Source: Malacoraja senta (taxonomy: Eukaryota). Taken from it: DNA of 64,000 nucleotides. A program made the translations under genes and the position numbers. The stretch is from NCBI GenBank assembly GCA_038087875.1, contig CM075990.1, positions 9,054,001 to 9,118,000 of the forward strand, in the 5' to 3' direction. The number at the start of each line of letters is the position of its first letter. Position 1 is the first letter of the stretch. The notes under the pieces were generated by a model that did not search any database, had not been told where the DNA came from, and worked only from the letters and a program-made list of their open reading frames with translations. Shown piece after piece: positions 11,791 through 25,286 of the stretch.

Positions 11791-12729
11791 TTAAGTATGT
11801 TCCTCTACTTTCCCTTCTCCTCACTCTCTGTTTGGCAAAACTGTGATGATGGTGCTCATGCGAGAATGCAGAAATTAAAGGTATGACTATTGCTAAAACC
11901 AAACATTTGTGGATAGTTAATCTACCAATAATGATGTAAAAACCAATAACACAGAGCAAGTTCTCCAAAACCTTATTGTTTATAGGGATATTCTACTTGT
12001 CAAGTAATTTCCTCTGATCAGCAGTAGGAATTTAAGCCTTTGGTGCTTATAAAGCAGACGGTTTAATAATAGCAGTCATAGCAGATGCCAGATTAAGGCC
12101 TGAGAGAGTTTCTACATTGTGTAAAAGATAAAGGATTGCTTATGGCATTCTCACTTTGGAACTGAATTTTGACTAGTCTCAATTTTTGAAATGCTGATCT
12201 AACAGGTTCTTAAATGTTTTTGTTCTGTTTATACTTAAGCCACCAGAAAGGGACATGGCTGAAATGCGTGTGTGCATCTTACACTAATGGTTTTACTTTA
12301 TATTTTATTCAGTTTTCCTTTTACTTGCAAATATTCGACTGTCTGGTTCAAATCAAAGAGGATTTAACTTGCTGCTGAGCAAACAAAAAACCCAACCTAT
12401 TCCACTATGTTCGTTCAAACCAATATCTTTTACAGCTTATCTCACACCTCTCTGTCCAAATATCTCTCCCTGGCAAACTGGCTAGTGTGCAGCAGCTGCG
12501 CACGGTTAATGTGTGAAAGCATAAGGAGCTGAAAGGTAATGTAAGTATTTTCCAGAATTGCCAGGGTGCAATAAAACTAACGGAAACAGACTCTTGAAAA
12601 ATTTGAGGATAAAATTAATCGTAATTACTAACTTGTTATAACTGTCACTGTGCCTGTTGTCTTAGTGAATAACGTTAGTTACTTTTTGTTTCACTATGAA
12701 GATTTCACAAAGATCTGTCCACAGCATTT

Positions 12730-13075
12730 AGGTGAGAAAAGCAAGATTTAATAGGAATCTGAGTGGCAACATTTTCAGAGGGTAGTGGGTACACGGAACA
12801 ATCTGACAGAGACGGTAGTTGAGTAGTGTAGGAAGGAACTGTAGATGCTGATTTACACTGAAGATAGACACAAAATGCTGGAGTAACACAGCAGGACAGG
12901 CAGCATCTATGGATAGAAGGGAATGGGTGACTTTTTGGGTCGAGACCCTTCTTCAGATTGGTAGTTGAGGTAGGTACTATAATAGAATTTAAAAGTATAA
13001 TATATTGATATTATATTGATAGGAATGGTTTAGAAGGACATGGACCAAACATGGGCACATGGGACTAGTTTATAA
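12730..13075 (+). mobile_element. HER1-type LINE 3' fragment carrying a nested Penelope-derived repeat
   Basis: aataggaatctgagtggcaac ... gataggaatggtttagaagg ... gggactag, split at 12824-12959. Confidence 0.7.
12824..12959 (-). mobile_element. Penelope-derived short repeat with hammerhead-like motif and 10-bp TSD
   Basis: Direct repeat ggtagttgag at 12814-12823 and 12960-12969. The minus strand reads ctgaagaagggtctcgacccaaaaagtcaccc. Confidence 0.8.
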
Positions 13076-14007
13076 GGCAATAAAATGGGTATATTTTTAA
13101 GTTTAATAAGCTTACATTTTGATTTGTCGATATAATTTTTATTCAACAAAGTTCACTGCTGCCAGTCGAGGAACTGCCAGGGAGCTATTTTAACAAGGTT
13201 TGCACTGGGGTGGGAGCTCAGAGGAGACAATGTAAACTTCCATTTACATACTGAAATTGAACCAGCAGCCAGCTGCACTCCATCTATACTGAACCTGTTC
13301 CAGCAAATTAACAGCCTGTTGAGCCCCCACTGCTTGACGGCAAGAATTTCTTGCATTGAGAAAATGAATCCACTCAGCAAACAGATGTCTGCCTTTTATC
13401 AGCCATATTGGAAGGACTGGATATAATGCATTATAAATTATCTAACATTACCTGAGTGTGCTTTAATAGGTACATTATGTCCCTTAGATGGTTTTAATAT
13501 CATTCTGCCAGTGTGCTGACAATGTCACTAATCAAAGTGCAAACCAATGAGCAATTCTCTTGGATCATCAATTTTGTATCTACAATTTGAAAACGTTTTC
13601 TTAAATTTGCTAACTCAAAGCATGGAAATGTTTCCCATTATTAAGACTTATTTTAAATTCGTACCATGATGGAGAAAGCTGCAAATTTTTTATTTTTCCA
13701 ATTTCACTGATGTATTTTGGCTCTAGATTATGCTTTTAGTATTAAAACAAATTGGAACGTTGGAAATGTTCATTAGTGTTAGAATAAAAGTAGATAATTT
13801 TGCGAGATCTTTGAAAATGGTTTCTGAAGTTTTCCCAACAATTATGACTAATTTATAGAATATTTTATCAATTTGTGATTAACACTTCACTGAAAATCGG
13901 TATGGATTGAATATAAAATGAAAATGTATTTTCCAGGCCCTATTTGATGATATTTCAAGTTGTCCAATTCTGATTTCATGGCTACAGTTGGTTAGAAATT
14001 TAAATAT

Positions 14008-14299
<292 letters not shown>

Positions 14300-14644
14300 A
14301 CAGACCTAAAAGCATCTGAGCCATCTGAATCTTTTCATTTCTACATGATCAGAATTGGGGAAGGAAACATCTTAACATTCTCATACCTTGTGCACACTTA
14401 AAAATGCTGCACGTCTCATATTAACATGATTCGCATACTCATTCATGACATTTGCATTAGGCATCAATATTCTAATTTAAAATATTAACAGAATGCAATT
14501 TGTACAGAAAAAAACATCAAATAATATGAGAAGTGGAGAAACTGTGCTAAGGCAGTGGAGAAAATAGTGAAGAATATTGGTTGCAATATTAAAGAAAAAG
14601 GAATTGGGTAGCAACGCAGAGATTAGACTAAATGCATACATAAA

Positions 14645-15480
14645 ATACAGAACAGTACAGCACAGGATCAGGACTGACAGTCAACAATATCTGTGCTGAG
14701 TATGATGCCAATTTAAGCTAATCTTACCTGCCAGCATATGGTTTACATCTCCCCATCTCCTGCCTGTTTATATGTCTGTCTAAATGATTCTTAAATATTG
14801 CAATCATTTCATGTTTCACTACCTCTCCTGGCAGCTGATTCCAGGCACCTACTATTCTGTGTGTAAAAAACAAACCTTGCAAATCTTTAAAATTCACGCA
14901 TCTAACCTTAAATGTATGCCTTTTGGTATTTGACATTTCCAAAGACTATCTCATAATTTTATATACTTCCAGTCCTTTAGCCTCTGATGGTCTAGAGAAA
15001 ACAATTCAAAACTTTAGAACTCTCTCCAAAATCTCCCAGGTTCCAAGTAATGCGGCAACCATAACTACACACAATACCCCAAATTTAGCCTAACCAAGTT
15101 TTATACAACTGAAACATTACTACTCCACTTAAAGCTCAATGTCCTGACTGATAATGGAATGTGTGCCATATGCCTACTTTACTACCCCATCTAATTACCG
15201 CTTTTAAGGAGCCACGAATTGCACTCAAGATCCCTCCGTACATGAATGTTCCTGAGTGTCCTGCCATTTACTGTATACTTTCCTCTTACATTTGATCATT
15301 TGAAGTGCACACTTGCTTAGATTAAAGTCCACCTGCCATTTCAACTCACGTACTTTCAACTGATCCACAGTCTTCTGTATCCTTTGACAGTCTTCCCCAC
15401 GATCCACAAATTTGTAAATTTTCTTGGTGTTTGCAAACTTATTAACCAGTCCAATGATTACTTTATCCTTATCATTTACA
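14645..15480 (-). mobile_element. Old CR1/HER1-like LINE fragment
   Basis: Minus ORFs encode FFTHRIVGAWNQLP and DCQRIQKTVDQL...KWQVDFNLSKC. Confidence 0.75.
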
Positions 15481-15834
15481 CATCAAGGTGTGACTCTATC
15501 AATGCAAAGCAGGGGTGGGATACACACACAGACCAGAATGTTTCCAAATTGGGAGTAGATGATGGAAATCAATAACACACTTGCTATGTAACACAGTTTG
15601 GTAATATGTTATTTTACAGAAATCTGCCTGTTGTTTTGCCTCTTGGGGATGCTCACAATTCCCTTCAGATATGGGTGCTCACATTTATAATCACTTTCAA
15701 TGTACTCTGATATAAGACATACCTGTTGGCATGAGAAAGATACCAGTGTGACTGTGATGAATGGGCACGTTTGATAAGCAGCATTTTTACCATAGAAAGT
15801 GAGACCGATTTTTTGTGGCCAGCAAGATCATACG

Positions 15835-16190
15835 ACATACCTGTAGGAGCAGAATTTGGCCATTCGGTCCATCGAGTCTGCTCCGCCATTTGATAAAGCC
15901 TAAACTATTTTTCCTTCTCAACCCCATTCTCCTGCCTTCTCCCTGTAACCTTTAACGCACTTATTAATCAAGAACATATCAATCTCGGCTTTATAAATGC
16001 CCAATGGCTTGGTCTCCACGTGACACCGTCGGTGGCAATGAATTCCACAGATTCACCACTGAAGAAATTCCTTCTCATCTCCATTCCAAAGGTACGTCCT
16101 TTTATTCTGAGACTGTGCCCTCTGGTCCTAGACTCTCCTACTGCTGGAAACATCCTCTCCACATCCACTCTATCGATGCCTTTCATTATT
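15835..16190 (-). mobile_element. CR1 LINE 3' fragment
   Basis: Minus ORF encodes MKGIDRVDVERMFPAVGESRTRGHSLRIKG. Confidence 0.9.
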
Positions 16191-16916
16191 CATCAAGCAT
16201 GACTTCAAAAACAATTTGATATCAACCTGTATTGACTGCTATGCAAATAATGAAAAGCACCTTCAATAAGAAACACTATTTAGGCAGTTACAAAAGAGCA
16301 ACTCATGATTAAACAGAGCCAAGTTCTGCAATGATTAGGACCTGTCGAATATATTGCCCAAAATTGCCCAAACGAATCGTAAGACTGGTTCTTGAAAAAA
16401 GTATTTTAGAATTTCTTTTTAACTTCTTGAATACCCCACAAAAGATTTGCTTTTGTTAATTATATTAACCACTTTTCAAGTCAAATGTAGCCACAGGCAG
16501 ATGTTATGAAATGTATCCAATTTGATTTTACACTGAAATCGATCGAATTTATAAGCTACTGGTTTTCCAATTAGTTGGTGCTTGTTTCCCATTATTTTAC
16601 TGGTAAAGATGGAAATGATGCCTATACCAGTTTAAAGGCACAGATTCAAAACTGGCAATTCACAATGGTGCCCTATTCTAGATTCTTAAAATTCACAAAT
16701 TTATTGGTTATGTTCTTCCCTTTTGCTGTTGCTATGCCCTTTCCTTCTCATCATCTGTATACTTTAAAAGAGAATCTAATGGATAAAGGACAGTGAATCA
16801 CAGTCGCTCAGCTTAGGAAATGAGATGTCATAATTATCAGTGTCATCTATTAGCATCTTACATTCCATAATTGAGTGGACATTAACACTGTCTTAATTCA
16901 GTGCAAAATATGTCTT

Positions 16917-17226
16917 GGTTTTTAGTTTTAGAGATACAGCGCAGAAACGTGCCCTTCGGCCCACCGAGTCTGCGCTGACCAGCGGTCCCCGCACATTAAC
17001 ACTATCCTACACACACCAGGGATAATTTATAATTATACCAAGCCAATTAACCCACAAACTTGTACGTCTTTGGAGTGTGGGAGGAAACCAGAAATCCCGG
17101 AGAAAACCCATGCAGCTCACGGGAGGATGTACAAACTCTGTACGGACAAGCACCCATAGTCAGGATCGAACCCAGGTTTCTGGCACTGTAAATCAGCAAC
17201 TTAACCGCTGAATCACCATGCCGCCC
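16917..17226 (-). mobile_element. HE1-type tRNA-derived V-SINE, full length
   Basis: The minus strand starts gggcggcatggtg, has B box GGTTCGATCCT (17162-17172) and a V-domain-like core gggttttctcc, and ends in a HER1-like tail ctgtatctctaaaactaaa. Confidence 0.85.
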
Positions 17227-17253
17227 TAGTGGGTACAACTATAAAAAATTCAA

Positions 17254-17377
17254 TGTGTAGGAAGGAACTGCAGATGCTGGTTTATAAATACAAATTGCTG
17301 CAGTAACTCAGCTGGACAGGCAGCATCACTGGAGAGAAGGAATGGGTGACGTTTTGGGTCGAGCCCCTTCCTCAGTC
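17254..17377 (-). mobile_element. Penelope-derived short repeat
   Basis: gtgtaggaaggaactgcagatgctgg...ggtgacgttttgggtcgagccccttcctcag. Confidence 0.8.
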
Positions 17378-19717
17378 TCATTTGCTCTCAAATCTATCTC
17401 AATTGCTTGTCTTCAAACTGTTCCAATGCCATTTTTCACAGTGATATTAAGATCTGGTTATACAATGTTACGTTATGGGCCTGCTGAGCCATGTTATTGC
17501 CCACAGAGAATTGCAGCTTGTATATATGCAAGTGTATGTTATACATGAGCACACAGAAATCAGCCAGAATATCATCAATCATTGACCACACAAGTTTACG
17601 CATGCATGGTTGTACCACTCGTGCAGCATGCAATCAGCGGGGGATTATTTTGCGTTATACCATACCACACTTTATCATAGAAGTAATGGACAACATCCTC
17701 AATTCCTTGCACCAGCCAATGAAAAGGGAGAGACAAAGAAAGACAAGGACATGGGCAGTGACATCACAAACAATGAACTGCATTTATTAGAGTATTTGGC
17801 AATGCCTCAGTTGAAAGGAAATTTAACTTTATAAACTAGAGGGTTTCAATTTTATAAGCAACATCTTCATCAAGGATGTACATTATAAGCAGACCACAGA
17901 GGCTATACTGTCTAGTATATACCAGTATATAAGTTCTCTATGCAATGAAGTGTTGAGTGTACAAACTTTTCCATGTATTGTACAGCTGAGTACACAGAAC
18001 TCTTTGTTTGACAGTGTTAAATAGGCACAATATAGTATTTTAAGTTTCTGTACAAGGGTTTCTTCCTACAGTAATATAACAGTTTACATATACACTATTG
18101 TTTCCTAATTTATTGCTTAATTTACAAGTTCCCCAGTGTAATCTACTACTTATACTGAACTTTCCATCTGTATTGTGCTCTATTGATATAAAGTCTCCTG
18201 GCAATGTATTTAATGCACTATCCTCCTGTAATCATTCTTAATTCAGTAAATAGCTTCACTGCAGAATGTAATAACAGTTCCACACTGTCCAGGAGATTGC
18301 AATATGATCATGGTGTCATTATTATTACCTGTAATTTACAATAAACATTGTTAACAATGCAATTAATGTCATTAGTCTTCTACCTTCAATCTTTGTGTTG
18401 GTGAATCCAATATGTTACCATCTCATTAAACTGTGCCATAAGGATATTTTCTTTTTAAGATGACATTAAATTCATTATTGAAATTAGTGATCTTATTTCA
18501 AATAAAAACATTGAGGTGGTAACAGCCAACTATAAATGTGGTCCACTATAACAATTACCAATATCACAAACTTGATAACTCTAAAATTGAGATATAGGTC
18601 GCAAAACTTTATGACAACTGTTCTCAAGGCACCAAGTTTGTGTATTCCGCTAAACAGCATTTCTTCACAGAAGTTCATTTTAATATCCAGTTGACTTCTC
18701 TTAAATTAACAATTGATCATTGATTATTTTCATTCTCTTCCCATTTTTGTTTACAAATTGTAGCCACAAGGTTGCGGGTTCTTGGACTACAATGCAAGTA
18801 AATTGTACTGAATGACTGGCAAAAGACATGTTGTGTTTGAAGAAAACCCTCATTTTGAATTTCCACTTCAATTTTCATAAAAAGCCCAGAAACATTTTCT
18901 ATTGGCTTCCTAGTAATAATTTCTGTTACCGATATAATCTTTGTTTATGTATCAAGTCACTGTAGTCATCTCGCGAAGGGTTATCTCTACAACAAGCTGA
19001 AGATAAAATATTGAAACCAAAAACAAGACAAAATCATCTACCAATCTTTCACTTCTACTAAATATTATCATATCTCTCAAGAGGCAATCAAGCATTTCAC
19101 ACTTCAATTGTTTTCAAGTGCTAGATAGCCAAATCTGGTGGCCGCTTTGTTCCCAGCAAGCCACAGTGAATTGGAAGAGAAAACAACAATTAGAACACAG
19201 TTTTATAAATAGTTTTTATGGTTCCTGATCAGCTTATCCTAATCTGCTTAATTTTGTCACATCAAGATAATGCCAGAAAGAGGAGGATTTTAACAACAGA
19301 TATTGTCCAGTGCCTTCCCTTCTCAAAATTAGTCTAATTGACAGTTACGAGTGTTTTAATACTAATGCTACATTTAAATGGGTAGCTCCAGTAAGTTGGA
19401 TAAAACAGAGAAATGAGGGAATATCTGATCACCAAAGTGGCACCATCAGGCACAAGGCAAGTTATCACTTTGTAGCTGCTGATCGCTGGATGACAGGTAA
19501 ACACAACAGAGAAACTGCATTACTGCAGACAGATTTTGTCACCATTTTGTAAAAATGAACAAAGTGACATTGGAAGCACTGCAGAGAAGATTCATAAGGA
19601 TGTCTGCAAGGTAAAGAGAATATTGCTACTAGAACAGCCTATAAATAATGTTTTTTAAACTCCAGAAAGTAGATGGCTGAGTCTAGCTGATTGGATATAG
19701 GTCATAAAATATTTCCA

Positions 19718-20048
19718 GTTGGTATATCCCATTTGCGTGATGCTTATAACAAAGTATTTGTTTTTCTCTTTTTTCCTCTTTCTTTTCTTTCTTCTTTAGG
19801 GTCTATCTCTTAATCCTTTCTTTTTAATTTCTTTTCTACAGGGTCTCTGTTCTTTCTTGTTGTCACGTTTTTACACCTTCACTATTTTCCTTCACTTTCT
19901 CTTTTTTCTTAATCTCAACCTTTCCTTTTTATCAGTGTAAAAAATGACGGAGTACATTAATTGTAATAAGATATACGTGATGAGTACTAATGTAATTGGT
20001 TGTAATGTAATGTACTTCTAATAAATACAAATTAAAAAAAATAATAAT
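19718..20048 (+). mobile_element. L1-like 3' UTR insertion with poly(A) tail and 10-bp TSD
   Basis: TSD aatatttcca at 19708-19717 and 20049-20058; pyrimidine-rich body; AATAAA at 20020 followed by an A-rich tail. Confidence 0.65.
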
Positions 20049-20145
20049 AATATTTCCATGCAAAACAAAATGATCAATGATTGTAACTTCGCCAAAGTTA
20101 TTTGTTCCTATGAAAGTCCAAGCATTTTTATCTTCAGCACAATGG

Positions 20146-20352
20146 AGATACAAGAAACTGCAGATGCTGGAATCTTGAGCAAAACAGAAATGCTGGAGGA
20201 ATTCAGTGGATCAGGCAGCATGTGGAGGGAATGGACAGACAATGTTTCGGGTTGGGTCTGAAGAAAGGTCCTAATCTTAAATGTCGCTAGTCCATTCCCT
20301 CCATAGTTGTTGCCTGACACGCTGAGTTCCTCCAGCATTTTGTATTTTGCTC
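20146..20352. mobile_element. Fold-back (inverted) Penelope-derived repeat
   Basis: aaatgctggaggaattcag ... ctgagttcctccagcattt around a central gggtctgaagaaaggtcc. Confidence 0.75.
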
Positions 20353-20473
20353 TATTCAACACTTCAGGCTGGATTTACATATTGATTATTACATACAAAC
20401 ATATGCAGACAGATATGCACACAGTAGCTTTTATATAAATTCTAAACTCAAATCCATGTGAATTAATGAAGAG

Positions 20474-20770
20474 TTGAGTTTAGATATACAGCATGGAAGC
20501 AGGCCCTTTGGCCCACCGAGTCCACGGCAACTAGCAATCACCCATGCACTAGTACTATGCTACACACTAGAGACAATTTTACAGAAGCCAATTAACCTAC
20601 ATATCTGCACATCTTTGGAATGTGGAGGAAAATTGAAACACCCGGAGAAAACCCAACACAGTCACAGGGAGAACTTACAAACTCCGAACAAACAGCACAA
20701 AGTCAGAATCGAACCCTGGTCCTCAGGCGCTGTGAGGCCGCAACTCTACCACTGCACCATTGTGCCGCCC
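20474..20770 (-). mobile_element. HE1-type V-SINE
   Basis: Same architecture as 16917-17226. B box is agaatcgaacc on the plus strand; the copy ends tgtgccgccc. Confidence 0.85.
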
Positions 20771-22559
20771 ACATGGTCGATGGAAGCCTCAGCCAACGTA
20801 TTTTATTAAGGGACAGTTTCTTTTAGATGTTGCTTTCTGAAGCATCATCAAATCAATTCTTATATTGATGAATTTACCACTTATTGACATAAATCTGCTC
20901 CAATGGAACCCACTGCTTTGATTGCATTTCCACCAGCAAATTGTCCCAGAGGAGTTCCTGTGCATGGAGTTTCTCTACAATTCTTTATTGGATTAGGTAC
21001 TAAGAGTTAAAAGCTAAGCTTGAGAGTTATTACTCTGCCTTAGAATGAAATGTCCGAGGAGAGAGCATGGTCCAGGCACACAGTGCATCCTTGCTGCTTT
21101 GCTATGCAACCACCATCTCCCCTGATCCGTAGTGCAACATAATTGAGCTTATTAGTCATAGAGGTAACAATGTGATGGAAAAGCACATAACAAGTAACAT
21201 TGCATTTTTATCAGCAAAGAACATGCTACTGCACTAAAACGATATGCCCAACATATGACTGGTTAAAACTCTTCAAATGGCCAATTCATGGCAATGGACA
21301 TGGCAAAAGTAATGGAGAGTTTAAAAAATACAGAGAAAAATATAATGAAAGGGTTGTTTTTCATATGACTAGGCTTTTCCATCACACCAATATTGAATTG
21401 AAATGAGAGATCAATAAAACACGCAACTTTAAAATTATTCCCATGGTGACAAAACTGTCAGAATCCTCAAAGTTACTTCTTCATTTATCATGTCATTTAT
21501 CATGTAAATCAGAAAGAAACCCAGGATGGGGGTAAACCTGCCACTAATAGAATTAGAGGAAATTCAAAGGCCATACACTGATATTTAATTTACAAGGTCA
21601 AGAATAACCCTTCCCAGAAATGTTTTGTCTGGCAGACATCCATGGAGTCAGTCCATAAGAGACCTATGCATGAATGGGTCCCCAGGAAGATGTTAGTGCA
21701 GTCTTATCTTTGAAGCATCATAACACACCCAGAGTAGATTGTGCAAATCAGAACGCTGCTCCTATTGGATATCTGTATGGTAGATACAAATGCAGGTCAA
21801 GGAGAGCGTCACAGAATATTTTCTAATTGGTGAGAACAATCCTGTGTTCCAGGCGGGAGACAACAATTTACCTCAATTCTGAGCAAGTGGCACTGCTTAA
21901 CACAGATGGCCTCGCCATGTTAGTCATGCAGAAAATAGGTGTCAGAAAGTAATACTTTTTGGTGAATAAGATTGTGCTGGAAACAGAAAAGTTAAAACTT
22001 ATTTAGAAAATTTGAAATGTGAAGTTACATTACTGTTCAGAATCTGTGTTTCTGTCATAAATATAAAAGCTTAAAGAGTGCTAAGATATGTATGGCCTCA
22101 GAGGGAGGAAAATGCATTTTGTGATAGCGATAAATTCGCTTTCAGTTAATTGAAGTGCAGTGACCAATATGTTTGTGTGAAAATCCGCGGAAGGTCTGTG
22201 CATGATCCTGATCACTGATCTTCACCATAATAATGTAAAGGCAACCAATCTATTTTTTATTTAATTTTTACTTTTTTTTCATTTTAAATAAATCAACACA
22301 AAAAAGAAAGGCAACCAATCAACCAAACAAAATCAAACCAAAACCGTTCTGCCTGTATGAATTGATAAAATCTCCATCTATTCAGGTATTAAAAACCTTG
22401 TTTATATGCACTCACCCTGTATTTTGTTTCCATTTTATTTCTGTCAACATTTAACAATGGAACTGCAATCGTAAGATAAAAGTGCAAGGTCTTGGCCTTC
22501 AGCTGATGCTTTCAAAATCGACTGCCATTTTGTTTATTGACAACTAATGGCGATTACAT

Positions 22560-22694
22560 TGTGTACGAAGGAACTGCAGATGCTGGTTTATTCCAAAGAT
22601 AGACATAAAATGCTGGAGTACCTCAGCGGGTCCGGCAGCATCTCTGGATGAAAGGAATAGGTGACCATTCAGGTCGGAACCCTTCTTCAGACCC
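22560..22694 (-). mobile_element. Penelope-derived short repeat
   Basis: The minus strand reads gggtctgaagaagggttccgacctgaatggtcacctattcc. Confidence 0.8.
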
Positions 22695-23029
22695 ATTGCG
22701 ATAATCTCTCCTATGAAGAGTTATGTGACATCATAATGATCAAAGAAGAAATGAGTTCATTTAATCACTTTACACGGGTCTTCCCTCAATCTAATTCTAT
22801 TAATTCCCAGAGGCTGGTGACTTATTCTGAGCATTAATCACTGTTTGGTAACAGCATTTCTTCATGACATTTTCTAGCATTTACTTTAACTTATTAAAAA
22901 CAGATTTCACCACTGGCCAGTTTAATGCTAACGGATTAATATTTTATATACTTTTATAAAGCAGCTTACTACTTATTTCTTTAGCTTGTGCACCTCTGAT
23001 TTTTCCTTGCAATTCATCCTTTAGGTGTC

Positions 23030-23440
23030 AGACTAATAGACTTGAGTGCCATCAACTTCATCTAAAAGTCAAATAATTATAGGTTTGAGCTCCCCTCAGG
23101 AGATGAGCAATAATAACATTTTTACTTGGCCCCGAATGAGCGCTAAACATTTGGAAGTGCTGTCTTTCACAATACAACTTTCTTCGGAACGCATTGAAAA
23201 TCCTGTAGCACTATTTGAGGATTAATCAACCACAGATACTATTTACTTCACACACTACTAATTCTCATCCCATCAATATCAATAAAGGTTACTTAGTTGC
23301 GTATCCCACATCGTTTTAATCAGAACCTGTTTGGTGCAAGTAGGTCACTGATTCTCTAGATCAATGGGTACACTGCATTTATTGCTTCCAATCACTTTTC
23401 ATTCACTGGATTTGTGAAAACTATTACAACTGTGAAATAC
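23030..23440 (+). mobile_element. Possible ancient Deu-domain SINE (SacSINE1/AmnSINE1-like) remnant
   Basis: The patches ggaagtgctgtctttc and aaaatcctgtagcactatttga resemble the Deu-SINE consensus from memory. Very degenerate. Confidence 0.3.
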
Positions 23441-24469
23441 TTTCCTTCATCTCCATGTGCTGATTTTATTTCATTTCCTGTACACTCACATTGTAAACGC
23501 TTTTTCCAAGTGTAAATCTGTACCATCTGCAAGGATAAAGTTTCAGCTGTGTTTTACTGAAATGCAGGACTAAACCCACCGGAAAGATTTAATGGCACTT
23601 CCCGTCTCTATTATTCTTGATACTTTAAGCTATATCAATTTTGGGGATTTTAGCAGTTAGTATATGGAGGCAGATGGATATATTTCGTGATTTTAAATAA
23701 ATTAAGGGAGGCAAAATGTTAACCAATGTCTTTTTGAACAGCAGACCAGGCACAAGGAGGCTAGTCCCTCCTAATTCTAATGTCTGATTAAAAATGGGCA
23801 TCTGATAATTGTGTGATTAGAGCCTGATTACTTTTCCTTTTTCTCCTTTAATCAACTTCTTACGCAATTTAGTTTCAAGTGGAACTGTATCAGTCATTCT
23901 TGAAGGATAAATAAACATAATACTGCGGCTTTCACTACTAAGGTATGGATGATTATTATATGAAATGAAATTAAAAATTCTCTACATCCTTTATCAAAAC
24001 TGAAATACAATTACATTCAATAAAACTTCAGATGTGGAAAATCTGAAATAAAAACAAAGACATACTGGAAATGTTCAATAGGTCAGGCAGCATCTATGTA
24101 AAGCAAGTTAAAAAGTTTCCTGTCAAAACCCTTGAGATGCTGCCTACCCACTGAGAGTTTACAGTATAAGATATCGATGAAATATTTTGATATACATGTT
24201 ATAAAGATGCTATATAGATATTTATATAGATGAAATTCCCCACAATTATTGGTCAATGAATTGAAGTTATACATTCATATCTCAGAGAGCCACTGTGGGC
24301 ATTGCCACATATTAATTTCCAAATAATTTCCCAGTAAACCTCTGAGTGCCAATGTTGCTAAACTCATCAAAAGGTAGACAATGACAAATGTCCATTCAAC
24401 AATGAATTCATTTATTAAATAAGTACATTTTTCTCCCTCAGCCACTTCAATCCTTATTTAATCAGAGCT

Positions 24470-24625
24470 CCATTTTTCCAAAGATGATGCCTGACCTGCT
24501 GAGTTACTCCAGCATTTTGTGTCTATCCATTTAATGAAAGACAGGTCGGAGTAACTCAGCGGGATAGGTAGTATCTCTGGAGAGAAGGAATGGGTGATGT
24601 TTCGGTTCGAGACTCTTCTTCAGAT
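24470..24625. mobile_element. Two oppositely oriented Penelope-derived repeat halves
   Basis: ctgagttactccagcattttgtgtctat followed by ggagtaactcagcggg...ggtgatgtttcggttcgagactcttcttcag. Confidence 0.75.
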
Positions 24626-24884
24626 AGGTTCTGAGTTAGGTTATCAAAGAATCTCAGATGACAAAATTGTGTGAAATACTGACTATTTAGCATTAGGGAG
24701 AACAGCGTAAACACCTGTTATATTTCCTAAAAGAACACCTTGTATCTTGTTGTATTATGCCACCTGTTAAGAATCAATTGCTATCTCTTTTTAGCCTTCA
24801 ACAAGGTCTTGGGGTGAGAGCAGGTCAGCACTTGCCTCTAATGGCCTAGAAGGTGGGACTGCTTTATACCCTTCTCCACACTTA

Positions 24885-25180
24885 AGGGCCTGTCCCACTG
24901 TACTAGGTAATTCAAGAGTTCTCCCGAGTTTCCCCTGATTTGAACTCGGAGAATTACAGTAATAGCCGTTCGTAGGTACTCGTGGCTCTCATGGACATTT
25001 TTCACAGTGCTGAAAAAACTTCCCGAGTTACCGCGTTTCCCGAGTACCTGCCGTTAGCGTTAAGAGCCGCTACGAGACATCCATGAGCTCCGACGTAGCC
25101 GCTACGTACTTACCTCGAGTTTGATTTTTTTTTAAACTCGGGAGAGCTCTTGAATTACCTCGTACAGTGGGACAGGTCCT
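24885..25180. mobile_element. Non-autonomous TIR element (PIF/Harbinger-like MITE)
   Basis: About 47-bp TIRs with 3 mismatches: agggcctgtcccactgtactaggtaattcaagagttctcccgagttt / aaactcgggagagctcttgaattacctcgtacagtgggacaggtcct. Preceded by TTA. Superfamily inferred. Confidence 0.8.
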
Positions 25181-25286
25181 TTCGGGGGCTCGAGGCCCCC
25201 GACCAAGGAAGAACAACAAGGGAAGGAACTTTATTTTCGCCTTCCATCACAGTGAGGAATGTGTAGGAGTCACTGTGATGGATGTA

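Noticed and set aside
12435..12540. Possible plus-strand exon (ttttacag...ag|gtaatg)
   Set aside because: Stop codons in all three frames.
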